Positions 1 to 10,355 of a stretch of DNA of 64,000 nt are shown here, piece after piece. Position 1 is the stretch's first letter; the number at the start of each line of letters is the position of its first letter. The stretch is taken from the NCBI GenBank assembly GCA_025061115.1, contig JANZKC010000002.1, positions 384,001 through 448,000 on the forward strand, in the 5' to 3' direction. This DNA comes from Candidatus Culexmicrobium cathedralense. GTDB lineage: Archaea > Thermoproteota > Methanomethylicia > Culexarchaeales > Culexmicrobiaceae. The position numbers and the translations under genes are program-made. Below the pieces are notes generated by a model. It was not told where the DNA came from, searched no databases, and worked only from the letters and a program-made list of their open reading frames with translations.

Positions 1-915
1 TTTGCCCTGACGATATGCAACACTGCCCAGAAATGGCGTGAAAGGCCTTCCGGTAACCAGATGCTTAGTTTCAGCGCAATCTCCAGCGGCATAAATGCCT
101 TCAATGGACGTCCTCATAAACTCGTCGGTCTCAATTCCACCTGTAGCTCCAATGGAAACTCCAACCTTACGCGCCAAATCAACATTGGGTCTAACTCCAG
201 TAGCAACAACAACAAGATCGCAGGGAACCTCTACTTCCCCAACAACAGCGCTACTAACCGTCGGATTTCCAATGATTTCCTCAACCCTTGAATTCAACAT
301 CAAATTAACTCCACTGCTGCGAATAGCTTGACTTAAAATTCTGGCCATGTCACCATCCAAAATTGCAGGTAGGACTCTCGGCATTATTTCAGCCACCGTA
401 ACTTCAAGCCCCCTCTCAGCAAGAGCTTCAGCAACTTCAAGTCCAATAGCTCCAGCACCAATAACCAGAGCCCTCCTAGCTTTCATAGAAGCCTTAGAGA
501 TCGCCACACCATCATTAATAGTCCTCAGCGAATAAACCCCACCAGCATCAATGCCAGGTATAGGCGGTATGAAAGGCTTGGACCCAGTTGCAAGCACGAG
601 GGAGCTGAACTTAATGCGGTGAAGCTCGCCCCTATGCTCATAAACCACTTCATCTCCATCAACATCAACAACCCTACTCTCAAGAAAGACTTGAATTCGG
701 AGAGACTTGAGCTTATCAATTGAAGTTATCACTAGCTCCTCAAAGCTGCCGATTTCGCCTCCGATCACAAATGGAAGTCCACATCGAGAGTAAGTCAAGT
801 ACTTTTCATCGCTGAGCACGACCACTTCAGCTGACGAGTCAGCAACCCTAGCTGAAATCGCCGACCAAAGGCCAGCAGGCCCCAAGCCAACAACCACTAC
901 TCGCCGCAAGCCCAC
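1..915 (-). CDS. FAD-dependent NAD(P)H oxidase / CoA-disulfide reductase family, 3'-partial (runs off window; absent from ORF track)
   Basis: Manual translation: MGLRRVVVVGLGPAG (FAD Rossmann), YSRCGLPF (redox Cys), ALVIGAGAIGLEVAE (NAD-binding), MRTSIEGIYAAGDC; start GTG 915 or TTG 909. Confidence 0.88.
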   Translation of the reverse strand, partial: MGLRRVVVVGLGPAGLWSAISARVADSSAEVVVLSDEKYLTYSRCGLPFVIGGEIGSFEELVITSIDKLKSLRIQVFLESRVVDVDGDEVVYEHRGELHRIKFSSLVLATGSKPFIPPIPGIDAGGVYSLRTINDGVAISKASMKARRALVIGAGAIGLEVAEALAERGLEVTVAEIMPRVLPAILDGDMARILSQAIRSSGVNLMLNSRVEEIIGNPTVSSAVVGEVEVPCDLVVVATGVRPNVDLARKVGVSIGATGGIETDEFMRTSIEGIYAAGDCAETKHLVTGRPFTPFLGSVAYRQGK

Positions 916-968
916 CACCTAAATCGAATTAAATATGCAGACCATAACTTAAAAGTTGAGGGTTCAAA

Positions 969-2186
969 TTGCCTAGGCAAGCAGGGCTCGTGGGGAAACC
1001 TAATACGGGTAAGTCAACATTCTTCAGCGCTGCAACCCTAGCTCCAGCAAAGAGAGCGCCATACCCATTCACAACCATAGAGCCAAATCGAGGAATAGCA
1101 TACGTAAAAGTTAAGTGCATATGCAGAGAGCTCGGCGTAAAGGACAACCCTAAAAACTCGCTTTGCATAAACGGCTACAGACTAATCCCAGTAGAGCTAA
1201 TAGACGTTGCAGGTCTAGTGCCCGACGCGTGGAAGGGAAGAGGGCTAGGAAATAAGTTCCTCGACGAGCTAAGAAGGGCAGAAGTACTAATACACGTGGT
1301 AGACGCCTCCGGAGGAACGGACAGCGAAGGCAGACCAGTAAAATTGGGAAGCCACGACCCATGCGAAGACGTCAGATTCCTTGAAAGAGAAATTGCAATG
1401 TGGATAGCGCAAATACTGATGCGAGATTGGAAGAGAACCTCAAGATTAATTGAAATGGCTAAGGAAGACCTACCATCAGCACTCGCAGAAAGGCTCAGTG
1501 GATTACAAATATCTAGAGGACATGTAGCCGAAGCACTTAAATTAGCAGACCTGGAAGGCAAAAAACCATCAAGCTGGAGCGAGGAGGACATAATGAAATT
1601 CGCATCTGAGCTGAGGAAAACTTCAAAGCCCATAATAATAGCAGCAAACAAAATCGACATGCCCACAGCAAGAGGAAACATAGAGAAAATGCGAAGGGAA
1701 TTCAAAGATTACATCATAGTTCCATGTAGCGCTGAAGCAGAATTAGCGCTTAGAAGGGCAGCTGAAAAAGGGCTGATAATTTATGAACCTGGAAGCAGCG
1801 ACTTTGACATAGTAAAGCCGGAAAAGCTAACGAGAAGACAGATGTCAGCCTTAGAAGTCATCAGGGAAAAGGTGCTGAAGCCATGGGGTTCAACTGGAGT
1901 TCAAGAAGTCATAAACAGAGCATTTCTGGAACTACTCGAAATGATAGTAGTTTACCCGGTTGAAGATGCAAATAAGCTGTCAGACCATGATGGCAACGTG
2001 CTTCCAGATGCCCTTCTAATTAAACGCGGGACAACTGCAAGGCAACTTGCATATAAGATCCACAGCGACCTAGGTGAAACCTTCATATACGCCATAAACG
2101 TCAGAACCAATCAAAGAGTAGGCGAAAACTACCAATTAGAGATGAACGACATAATAAAGATCGTAGCAGCAATGGCAAGAAAGTAA
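969..2186 (+). CDS. ychF: Obg-family GTPase/ATPase YchF, archaeal type, with C-terminal TGS domain
   Basis: GKPNTGKST, YPFTTIEPN, DVAGLV, GLGNKFLDELR, NKID, AYKIHSDLG. Confidence 0.93.
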   Translation: MPRQAGLVGKPNTGKSTFFSAATLAPAKRAPYPFTTIEPNRGIAYVKVKCICRELGVKDNPKNSLCINGYRLIPVELIDVAGLVPDAWKGRGLGNKFLDELRRAEVLIHVVDASGGTDSEGRPVKLGSHDPCEDVRFLEREIAMWIAQILMRDWKRTSRLIEMAKEDLPSALAERLSGLQISRGHVAEALKLADLEGKKPSSWSEEDIMKFASELRKTSKPIIIAANKIDMPTARGNIEKMRREFKDYIIVPCSAEAELALRRAAEKGLIIYEPGSSDFDIVKPEKLTRRQMSALEVIREKVLKPWGSTGVQEVINRAFLELLEMIVVYPVEDANKLSDHDGNVLPDALLIKRGTTARQLAYKIHSDLGETFIYAINVRTNQRVGENYQLEMNDIIKIVAAMARK

Positions 2187-2189
2187 CCT

Positions 2190-2585
2190 CTATACGTACT
2201 TAGATCCGTAAACTGGGTCCTCCTTAAAGTACCAACCCGGCTCCTTCTTAGAGCCGAAGCTCCTCACGCCCTTTTCCTTCAACTGCCTCCTAAGCCTAAC
2301 AGCATATTCCTTCGAAATCTCGCCCCTCTTCTCTAGAAAATCGATAATCTCTAAAGCCTGATCTTCAGTGTCGCACCTTCTAATGAAATCTATGACGTCG
2401 GGCTCATAGCCCCAAAACTTTGGCTTGCCTAATCGCCAGGCAGAAATTTTCTCTCCAGCCTCAGCACTCGACCTAACCCCGCTAATTGGAATCCTAAAAG
2501 TGCGCCTTTCCTCAATTTCTCTAGCCAACGACGGAAAGTGCTTCTTCAAGGTCTCCCAATCAATTCCCAAGAAAATCACATCCAA
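2190..2585 (-). CDS. DUF2095 family protein
   Basis: KKHFPSLAREIE and GYEPDVIDFIRRCDTEDQALEIIDFLEKRGEIS...GVRSFGSKKEPGWY resemble the family pattern. Confidence 0.8.
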   Translation of the reverse strand: MDVIFLGIDWETLKKHFPSLAREIEERRTFRIPISGVRSSAEAGEKISAWRLGKPKFWGYEPDVIDFIRRCDTEDQALEIIDFLEKRGEISKEYAVRLRRQLKEKGVRSFGSKKEPGWYFKEDPVYGSKYV

Positions 2586-2613
2586 CCTAAGTTTTACCTA
2601 AGTAGTACTTAAA

Positions 2614-4215
2614 CTAAGCGTGCGTGCTTTCATTCCCCCGAACAATTTCCATGGCTTTAAAGTGCTCCTTAACTAGAAAGGCGCGAGAAACTCCGACGTC
2701 CACATGATCCCAGGGTAAAGGTTCATCCACACCCCTACCAGCCAAAACGGCATCTTCAATGGAAATGCCAAGCTCCCTCTCAGCCCTCCTCCATGCAGCC
2801 AGAGAACCTCCAAGCTCAGCAACCCTAATCATTAGGGCAGCCGCCTCCCTACCTGAAGTTGATAAGAAAGCCTGTATAACAGCCTCCCTCACCCTCATCA
2901 CCCTCAATTCGATTCTGTGATCTTTAGCCGCCATTCTCCTCAACAACCCAAACTTATATCTAAGCGAAGCAGTGTCCTCAAGTCCAAGCCACTGGAATGG
3001 AGTGTGAGCCTTAGGAATGAATGGACTTACGGTTAATCTGACGCTTTTTGGAGCTGAAAAACCTAAATCAGCTACGCGCTTGGCTAGCTCCACTATCAAT
3101 TTAACATCATCCAATGATTCCCCCGGCAAACCTATCATAAAGTAAAGCTTAACATGTCTGAAGCCACCATCCAAAGCAATTTTAGCAGCATCAATAATTT
3201 CAGATGTTGACAGCCGCTTATTCACAACTTCACGCAGGCAGTCTGAGCCCGCTTCAGGAGCAAAAGCTATGGTTCTCTGCCCACCTTTAACTAGAATTTT
3301 AGCAAGCCTTTCAGATAAAGCCGAAGCTCGCATCGACGGCACAGATATTTTCAAGCCCAAGGAAACGATGTGCTCGCATAAATCCTCAAATCGGCTATGG
3401 TCAAAGGCCGCAGATCCAATTAAAACAACTTTATCAGTTGGAGTACACGTCAAGCCTTCACTTAAAATGCGCTCAACAGCCTTAATCGACCTTTCCCGCA
3501 TTGGAAGATAGTTGTAACCCTCAAGGCAAAATCTGCAGCCCCACCTGCAGCCCCTAGTTACCTCCAACATGAACGAGCCGCCGAAAATCGGGCTAAATGA
3601 GCTGTCAGCTGAAACTAAGGGGATTACCTGGGCAATGGCGTGAGGAGCATCATCAAGGGATGAAGCCCGAACCCTCCTAACAGGCTCTTCAAACTTGGGG
3701 ACATACACTCCATCAATACTAGACAGCCCCTCCAAAACCCTCTCCCTATCACCGAGCTTTAAGGCATCAACTAAGCCGTCAATTATCGGCTCAACCTCAC
3801 CGATAACAACCGCATCTACAATTGGAGCCACTGGCTCTGGATTAGCTGTCACTGCAGGACCTCCCGCCACGATTATTGGGTGATCACTGGTACGCTCACA
3901 AGCCAGCGCAGGAATTCCCGAGCTAATTAGCATGCGAATGAAATTCACATAGTCAAGCTCATATTGAAGTGAGAAGCCGAGAACATCAAATTTTGAAGGA
4001 GGTTGACTAGACTCAACACTTAGCAGAGGGCCTTCACCCTCAAAGAAAAACCTTTCACACGCCACATCTCTCCAAGAATTCAAAAGCTCATAAAGCAGGC
4101 GGATGGCTAGACAAGACATTCCAACCCTATATAGGCTGGGATAGCAGAGGCCGAATCTAAGAGCAACATTTCTCCAATTCTTCTTAACAGCATTAATCTC
4201 CCTAGGGTACATCAC
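2614..4215 (-). CDS. B12-binding-domain-like radical SAM protein (TIGR03960-like)
   Basis: CYPSLYRVGMS N-terminus, EVTRGCRWGCRFC (CX3CX2C), FAPEAGS, KLYFMIGLPGE, PFIPKAHTPFQW, LPWDHVD. Confidence 0.85.
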   Translation of the reverse strand: MMYPREINAVKKNWRNVALRFGLCYPSLYRVGMSCLAIRLLYELLNSWRDVACERFFFEGEGPLLSVESSQPPSKFDVLGFSLQYELDYVNFIRMLISSGIPALACERTSDHPIIVAGGPAVTANPEPVAPIVDAVVIGEVEPIIDGLVDALKLGDRERVLEGLSSIDGVYVPKFEEPVRRVRASSLDDAPHAIAQVIPLVSADSSFSPIFGGSFMLEVTRGCRWGCRFCLEGYNYLPMRERSIKAVERILSEGLTCTPTDKVVLIGSAAFDHSRFEDLCEHIVSLGLKISVPSMRASALSERLAKILVKGGQRTIAFAPEAGSDCLREVVNKRLSTSEIIDAAKIALDGGFRHVKLYFMIGLPGESLDDVKLIVELAKRVADLGFSAPKSVRLTVSPFIPKAHTPFQWLGLEDTASLRYKFGLLRRMAAKDHRIELRVMRVREAVIQAFLSTSGREAAALMIRVAELGGSLAAWRRAERELGISIEDAVLAGRGVDEPLPWDHVDVGVSRAFLVKEHFKAMEIVRGNESTHA

Positions 4216-4239
4216 TAAACGTTGTAAAGCTAAGAATAA

Positions 4240-4872
4240 TTAGCGTTGCGGAATGAACCTCCTAGCCGGATCCTCAGAAAGAACCATTCTAAGCTCCTCC
4301 ACGGTCAGCCCCTCAATAACATCACCGTAGATGTCGCAGACCTCTTTGACGTTTTGATCCTCAGGGCTTCTAACAACAATTTCAGCTCGATTACCAGATG
4401 GAAGCTCAACATAAATATGGACGTAAACTTTCTTCTCCTCATCATCTCTGCCAGCCTTAACCTTCTTCTCGACGTTAATAACATTATAGCCTAAGCACCT
4501 CAACTTCTCAACAACAGCTGATGAAGAGTGAGAGTAAACTATTATGTCAATATCGCTTCCAATTCTAACGGTGCCCCTCCAAACGCTACCTATAAGTTTA
4601 GGATTGAACTCCAACAGAGCTTCCATTATTGATAGTGCTTCTCGTCTCATCTGAATAAGCCTAGCAATTCTAGACTCACCTTCAAGCAGGTTCGCCAGAG
4701 CATCCAGTTCATCCGCCACCTCACGATTACTTGGAAGAACAGTTACTCCAAGCTCTCTGGCAGCTCTAAGCTTAGCAAATTTATACTCGGTAGCTAGTCG
4801 GTAATATAGCAGGCGAGCAGCTTCCCTAGCAACAAGTGCCCTCAAATTGCTTGGCTTCATGGAAGACGCCAT
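4240..4872 (-). CDS. Pol-beta superfamily nucleotidyltransferase with N-terminal helical extension
   Basis: GSVWRG...SDIDI motif; N-terminal VAREAARLLY...AKLRAARELG..LPSNREV; start moved to ATG 4872, after the rps3ae stop. Confidence 0.8.
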   Translation of the reverse strand: MASSMKPSNLRALVAREAARLLYYRLATEYKFAKLRAARELGVTVLPSNREVADELDALANLLEGESRIARLIQMRREALSIMEALLEFNPKLIGSVWRGTVRIGSDIDIIVYSHSSSAVVEKLRCLGYNVINVEKKVKAGRDDEEKKVYVHIYVELPSGNRAEIVVRSPEDQNVKEVCDIYGDVIEGLTVEELRMVLSEDPARRFIPQR

Positions 4873-4882
4873 TGCCCACTCA

Positions 4883-5512
4883 TCAAGCTGCAGTAACGCG
4901 AGCCAAGATCTCCTCAATGGGCTTACGCCCGGAAGGCAAGGTTAAAAGCTTGCTCTTTCTAACTTCAACCTTCCGTAGAGGATAAATCTTCCTAGCAGCA
5001 TTATAAATTTCAGACGCAATCTTACCTAAAACCGCCTGCTGCACAAACTCATCGAAGGACAATTGCTGAGCCTTGGCCTCAATTACCTCCCTCATAATTT
5101 TCCTAATAGCCCTCTCCTGCGAGGTCTTAGCTCTATGCCTAGTCAAGGCGATGGCTGAAACTCTCAGGGTATAGCCGTCCTTCGTCGTAACTTTGAATAT
5201 CCCATCAACCCTCGAAGATCCTCTTCTAATCAAGCTTCTCAAATAGTCCCTAGTTAAGTCATGTCCCTTGAATATCGTTTTAGCGACATCCCCCTCAATC
5301 TCCATTATCTGGAAGTATAGCTTGATGTGAAGCAGTGAAAAGTCTCCAGTCAAATCGCTAAGAGAAGTTTCAACAACTCTCCCATAAAGCTTAGCGGGGT
5401 CGTCGGCGGGAATCCTAGCGATCTCAGCATTACCAAATGCATTTGAGGCTAACACTGTAAACCACTTCTTCATCCTCCACTTATCCCTAGCCCTCGACGA
5501 CACTTGAACCAC
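4883..5512 (-). CDS. rps3ae: 30S ribosomal protein S3Ae (eS1)
   Basis: RDKWRMKKWF, GRVVETSLSDLTGD, RDYLRSLIRRGSS, KIYPLRKVEVRKSK. Confidence 0.97.
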   Translation of the reverse strand: MVQVSSRARDKWRMKKWFTVLASNAFGNAEIARIPADDPAKLYGRVVETSLSDLTGDFSLLHIKLYFQIMEIEGDVAKTIFKGHDLTRDYLRSLIRRGSSRVDGIFKVTTKDGYTLRVSAIALTRHRAKTSQERAIRKIMREVIEAKAQQLSFDEFVQQAVLGKIASEIYNAARKIYPLRKVEVRKSKLLTLPSGRKPIEEILARVTAA

Positions 5513-5515
5513 CCA

Positions 5516-5803
5516 CTAAACTAGCTTTACGTGATTTGAACAATCTTCCTTATAACTCTGTTGGGCGAAATTCAAGGACTTCTCAGCAGCTTGGATGCAT
5601 GAAAGCAAATCATCCAGGGTTTGAAGTAGAGTTTCAACTTTGCCCTCACATTCAATTTCAACCTCAACTTCGCCATCAACCTTCCTAGCAGCCACTGCCA
5701 AGCCACGTGGAGCCTGCAAATTGTCAGGCTCAACTGCACATGCAATAGCCTCAGCGACTTCATCATCCCCATAGCAAATTCTAATGAAGGCACAGTGCTT
5801 CAT
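5516..5803 (-). CDS. pcc1: KEOPS subunit Pcc1
   Basis: AEAIACAVEPDN and TLDDLLSCIQAAE pattern; canonical position between the DHH gene and rps3ae. Confidence 0.85.
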   Translation of the reverse strand: MKHCAFIRICYGDDEVAEAIACAVEPDNLQAPRGLAVAARKVDGEVEVEIECEGKVETLLQTLDDLLSCIQAAEKSLNFAQQSYKEDCSNHVKLV

Positions 5804-7255
5804 TTAACCACCCGAAAATTGCTCACCTATCAATTCCTCCAAAATTTTAATGAAATCCTCCTCAGAGCCAGCTGGAATTTGAGCTCCAGCAGCAACATCA
5901 TGACCTCCACCGATACCTCCAACTGCCGAGGCAGCCTCCCTAATAGCCAACCCTAGATTTAAGCCCCTCCCAAAAAGCCTTCTATCAGCTCTAGCTGAAA
6001 CCTTAACTTTCCCCTCAGACGATTGAGCTAAAGCAACAGCAATCTTCCTTGGAGACAGTATTCTCGAAGAGAGAGCAACCGAGATCAGCGTGCCTATCAG
6101 CCTTTCATCCACAATTTCTCCACCATAAATCACCTGCAAATGCTCAGTATGTCTAACCTTATCCAAGTTACGCGTGAGCCAATTAACGTACCTCAATAGA
6201 ACACGTCTATACTCCGACGAAAGTTCTTCAGCCTTCTCTAGAACCGCACCCCTCCTACCCATGCAGACAGCCACGCCAATGCTAGGGCGCCCAAGCCTAC
6301 CGCATGCATTAAGTAGGGAGGCATATTCCCTAGCATCCTTGAGGGGGGAAGTTGGAGGCTCCTTAGATAGAAGGTAAATCGTCCCCATAATGCTTTCAGC
6401 TTCCTTACTCTCAATTCCCCTACTCAGCATGTGCTTCACCAAGTTAACCATTAAAGATCTCAGTTCCTGCTGAGATAAGTCAGCCATTCTCCTCAAATTT
6501 CCATCCTCATCGGTTGGCGAAATCCCTATGCGCTTTAGAAAGTTAACGCAAGCATTAAAGTCTCCGCTTAAACCAGGAATCAAAGGATCTATCGTATACT
6601 CCAAGCTTTTAACAACCGGTCTAGATTCGAAGCCGAACAACCTTAACCCAAACTTCACTTCAACTAAATCCGCTTCGACAGCATCTCTAACTATTAACTC
6701 GTTCAACCCTATCAAATTACGCCTCTTCCCGCAATCCTGCCTATCCCCAAGAGCCCCCACAACGGCGACTGGAGCCAAATCAACATTATCTTGGCTAACA
6801 GCCTTAGCTACAAAGTAAGCTACGCCCGCTGAACTAATGTGCTTCGAGCCGTCTATCTCGAAAAAGTGGGGATTAACTTCAACTCCCCCAGCAATTTCAA
6901 CATCCAAGGGCTGATGATGATCAAGAATGACGATCGAGGAAACCGAGAGAGCACTTAAAATCAAATCCTTCTGCCCACTGCCCAAATCAGTGAATATTAT
7001 CGGGACATTCGCTTCAGAACTTAGCTCTCTAAGCAGCTCCTCATCCAGCTGCTTTACAATTCTAATCTTAAAAGAAGCCTTCAACCTTTCAAGAGCAACA
7101 CCCATAATGCCTGCAGAAGCAAGTCCATCTGCATCCAAGTGAGAAACAACAGTTATTGGAAGGTCCTCTTCTATCCAACTCAAAATGCGCTCCGCAGCTT
7201 CCTCAACTTTCCCCCTAAACTCGGATATCGAACTATCACCATTATTTAGATTCAA
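5804..7255 (-). CDS. DHH/DHHA1 phosphoesterase (RecJ-like)
   Basis: SHLDADG, TDLGSG, LDHH, GALGD, GGGHDVAAG; conserved rps15-DHH-pcc1-rps3ae synteny. Confidence 0.92.
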   Translation of the reverse strand: MNLNNGDSSISEFRGKVEEAAERILSWIEEDLPITVVSHLDADGLASAGIMGVALERLKASFKIRIVKQLDEELLRELSSEANVPIIFTDLGSGQKDLILSALSVSSIVILDHHQPLDVEIAGGVEVNPHFFEIDGSKHISSAGVAYFVAKAVSQDNVDLAPVAVVGALGDRQDCGKRRNLIGLNELIVRDAVEADLVEVKFGLRLFGFESRPVVKSLEYTIDPLIPGLSGDFNACVNFLKRIGISPTDEDGNLRRMADLSQQELRSLMVNLVKHMLSRGIESKEAESIMGTIYLLSKEPPTSPLKDAREYASLLNACGRLGRPSIGVAVCMGRRGAVLEKAEELSSEYRRVLLRYVNWLTRNLDKVRHTEHLQVIYGGEIVDERLIGTLISVALSSRILSPRKIAVALAQSSEGKVKVSARADRRLFGRGLNLGLAIREAASAVGGIGGGHDVAAGAQIPAGSEEDFIKILEELIGEQFSGG

Positions 7256-7267
7256 GGCTTCCCGCCA

Positions 7268-7711
7268 CTAAGCAGTAATGGTCTTTCCAGGCTGGTAAGA
7301 CCAATTCGTTGGGAGCCTCCCAATTCTACGATAATACTTGGTTAATCGCCATATTTTAGCTTCAATGAGCTTGAGCCCCCTCCTGCTATGCTCGTCCTTA
7401 GGGTGCTCCTCCAAGTGCCTCCTTATGCGCTCAGCCCTCCTAATCAAGTTGGCAAGGTCCTCGGGCAGCTGTGGAGCAAGCCCCCTTTCCCTAAGGATCT
7501 CAACGATCTTCTTTCCGGTGATCTGCTTAACAAGTGGAATGCCATACTGGTCTCTTAAAATAACGCCTATCATTGATGGAGGAGTCCCTCTCCTTGCAAG
7601 ATCAACCACTAGATTCTCAACTTCCTCGGCAGTATACTTACACCACTTAGGAGGAGTAGTTCTCACAGGCCTAGTTGAGTGAGATTTCCCCTTCTCCTTG
7701 CTTTTCCTCAT
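7268..7711 (-). CDS. rps15: 30S ribosomal protein S15 (uS15)
   Basis: [43 protein letters not shown]. Confidence 0.97.
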   Translation of the reverse strand: MRKSKEKGKSHSTRPVRTTPPKWCKYTAEEVENLVVDLARRGTPPSMIGVILRDQYGIPLVKQITGKKIVEILRERGLAPQLPEDLANLIRRAERIRRHLEEHPKDEHSRRGLKLIEAKIWRLTKYYRRIGRLPTNWSYQPGKTITA

Positions 7712-7760
7712 GGATGTGCCTCCCCAAGCCTTAGACAGTAACTCGCAAGGATACTTAAGT

Positions 7761-8357
7761 TTATTTCGCTAGGTGGGAGGCAAGCCACATCCCGAAAGCC
7801 TTAAATGCCTTTGCCCTATGGCTAATCCGGCACTTATGCTCAAACTCCATCTCAGCAAAAGTTAGCCCATCACCCTCATCGGGGATAAATATGGGGTCAA
7901 AGCCAAATCCCCCACTTCCCCTAGGCTCAAGAGCAATCTCCCCGAAAGCCACTCCCTTAAAAACTCTGCACTCCCCACTAGAATCACAGTAGGCCACAGC
8001 TGACTCGAACCATGCCCTCCTATCGCTAACTCCTCGCATTAACTTCAAAATTCCACTAAGCCCTATCGTCTTAAATACGTATGAGGAGTATGGGCCTGGA
8101 AAGCCTCCAAGCGACTCAATGAATAGACCTGCATCCTCCACTATCACAGGCCTATTAAGCTTCTCAGCAGCATCTTTAACTCCAAACAGCGCTATTTCGC
8201 ATAGATCATCAGACTGTATCTCAATCCTCTTCATGGGAACTTGAATTAGGCGCACACCCATAAGTGAAAGAACGTACTTAGCTTCCTCAAACTTATGCTT
8301 ATTTCTCGTGATAAATGCTATCTCGACATCACTTAGAAATTCTGCGCTCAACCACAT
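7761..8357 (-). CDS. rdgB: XTP/dITP diphosphatase (HAM1 family)
   Basis: [35 protein letters not shown]. Confidence 0.93.
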   Translation of the reverse strand: MWLSAEFLSDVEIAFITRNKHKFEEAKYVLSLMGVRLIQVPMKRIEIQSDDLCEIALFGVKDAAEKLNRPVIVEDAGLFIESLGGFPGPYSSYVFKTIGLSGILKLMRGVSDRRAWFESAVAYCDSSGECRVFKGVAFGEIALEPRGSGGFGFDPIFIPDEGDGLTFAEMEFEHKCRISHRAKAFKAFGMWLASHLAK

Positions 8358-8979
8358 ACCTCCCCCTCATTCTAATCTCCTTAACCTTCCTGATAACTAG
8401 ATCAGCCCTATCGAAAGCGCTTCGATAACCTTCAACAACAGCCGAAAAACACTCATTAGCAATTTCATAGTGCGAGCTCTCTAGAACTCGAAGAAGCAAG
8501 TGTAAATCCACCCCAAAATGCTCCACCTCCATGGAGAAGCCTCCAAGCCCAAAGTCTATGAAGTATATCTTATCGTTGCATGCAATCATGTTTGAAGTCG
8601 TCAAATCTCCATGGAAAACCCCATTAGAGTGAAGAAGCCCAACACACTTACCCACCAATCTACAAAACCTCACTCTCTCGCTCCTCGAAACCTCCGGAAG
8701 CAGCTTCTTGAGTGTAACCCCCTCAATAAACTCCATGACAATAGCGAAATTCCCTAAATCCACATCAAACACGGTGGGTGTAGGAACACCAAATCTCTTA
8801 GCACTTGAAAGCAATTTAGCCTCATGAGCAGTTCTAAACCTCCTCAAATGCTCATCAAGCGGTCTAACCCTATACGACTTAGCAACCCTAATTTTCTTAA
8901 CAACCTTCATCCCAAACCAGTCGTCCAAGTATAAGTGGGCTTCAGCACCCTTCTTCAATAGCCTCAACTTCAAGTTCAC
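8329..8979 (-). CDS. bud32: KEOPS kinase/ATPase Bud32
   Basis: KGAEA, HGDLTTSN, IDFGL, RGRY. Confidence 0.95.
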   Translation of the reverse strand: MNLKLRLLKKGAEAHLYLDDWFGMKVVKKIRVAKSYRVRPLDEHLRRFRTAHEAKLLSSAKRFGVPTPTVFDVDLGNFAIVMEFIEGVTLKKLLPEVSRSERVRFCRLVGKCVGLLHSNGVFHGDLTTSNMIACNDKIYFIDFGLGGFSMEVEHFGVDLHLLLRVLESSHYEIANECFSAVVEGYRSAFDRADLVIRKVKEIRMRGRYVVERRISK

Positions 8980-9958
8980 CTACCCAAGGCACATCAACTG
9001 CATCCAATCTCCATCTAGGTTTAATGAAGCTCTTCTCAACCGGCAAAGTAATTCCATGTTTAAGCGCTAAAACTCCAGTCCAGGCAATCATAGCGCCATT
9101 ATCCCTAGCATATTCCTTTGGCACAGCTTTAAAGAAGGCCCCATGCTCCTCGGCCACAACTCTAAGCATATCCCTAAGCCGCCCATTGGCAGCTACCCCG
9201 CCGGTTAGAAGCAGCGCTTTCTTTGAGGTATGCGCAATAGCTCTTTCAGCAACCTCACATATCATGGAAAAAGCCACCTCCTGCAAGCTATAGCACAAGT
9301 CCTCCAAGCGCTCACCTTCATCAAGCTTCTTTATCGCGGCAGTAAGCAGCCCCGAAAAGGAAACATCCTGTCCCTTAACCACATAGGGAAGAGGAATAAA
9401 GCGCTCTCCCCTACGCGCCAACTCCTCAATGTATGGCCCCCCCGGATGAGGTAGGCCAGCCCTTCTAGCGAACACATCCAAGCAATTTCCAAGCGCAATA
9501 TCCAGCGTTTCCCCGAAAACCCTATACCTGCCCCCAGCGTAAGCTGCTATAATCGTGTTTCCACCGGACACATAAACTACCAAGGGGTCAGCTGCCTTAC
9601 ATACTAGCTTAGCAATTTCTATGTGAGCAACGCAGTGGTTAACTGGTATCAGAGGCTTTTTGAAGTAAGTTGCAAGAGCTCTAGCGATTGTTGCTCCAGT
9701 TCTCAAGCATGGACCAAGGCCAGGGCCTAACGACACTGCTACACCATCAACATCTTCAATTGCAATGCCAGCCTCATTCACCGCTGACTTCAATACGTTA
9801 GGAGCCACGTTAGCATGGTGGCGAGCAGCCTCCCTAGGATGAATTCCACCTTTAGATGGAATGTACTCTGAGTTCACGTTTGATAGAATAATCCCCTCAG
9901 AAGAAGCAATGCCGCATCCAAACGTGTGCGCAGTGCATTCAATTCCCAAAATAAGCAT
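8942..9958 (-). CDS. kae1: t6A synthase Kae1
   Basis: GIECTAHT, GGIHPREAARHH, VNHCVAHIE, GETLDIALGN, DNGAMIAW. Confidence 0.97.
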   Translation of the reverse strand: MLILGIECTAHTFGCGIASSEGIILSNVNSEYIPSKGGIHPREAARHHANVAPNVLKSAVNEAGIAIEDVDGVAVSLGPGLGPCLRTGATIARALATYFKKPLIPVNHCVAHIEIAKLVCKAADPLVVYVSGGNTIIAAYAGGRYRVFGETLDIALGNCLDVFARRAGLPHPGGPYIEELARRGERFIPLPYVVKGQDVSFSGLLTAAIKKLDEGERLEDLCYSLQEVAFSMICEVAERAIAHTSKKALLLTGGVAANGRLRDMLRVVAEEHGAFFKAVPKEYARDNGAMIAWTGVLALKHGITLPVEKSFIKPRWRLDAVDVPWVGELEVEAIEEGC

Positions 9959-9969
9959 TCATGAACGCC

Positions 9970-10296
9970 TCAACCTTCAGCCTCAGCTTGCTCCTCCCTC
10001 TCCGAAGGCCTGTCCCTAGCTATCAAATACTCAGGCTCAATTTCCTTGGCTCTCTCCGGAGACTCGTAAACGTGAACGTGACCCCTCGTCTTGCCAACGC
10101 CATATTCGGTTATAAGCCTCCTAATGCAAATGCAGTCTATTGGAACCTTAAACTGCTCAGCAATAGCCTTCCTAACCTCAAATCTAGAAGGCGTTCCGCT
10201 GCTCGAGTGGTATATCATGATGTCAAGCTCAAGCCTATTAAGCAATGGATTTTGCCGCTTATCGACAACTTCAATTTGAAATTCCTCGCCGCTCAT
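9970..10296 (-). CDS. rps24e: 30S ribosomal protein S24e
   Basis: NPLLNRLE, TPSRFEVR, TEYGVG, IEPEYL. Confidence 0.93.
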   Translation of the reverse strand: MSGEEFQIEVVDKRQNPLLNRLELDIMIYHSSSGTPSRFEVRKAIAEQFKVPIDCICIRRLITEYGVGKTRGHVHVYESPERAKEIEPEYLIARDRPSEREEQAEAEG

Positions 10297-10355
10297 AAGC
10301 TAAGACCACCTCTTCATGTGATGTGCAGATCCCACTTATATAATTAATTTCAACG

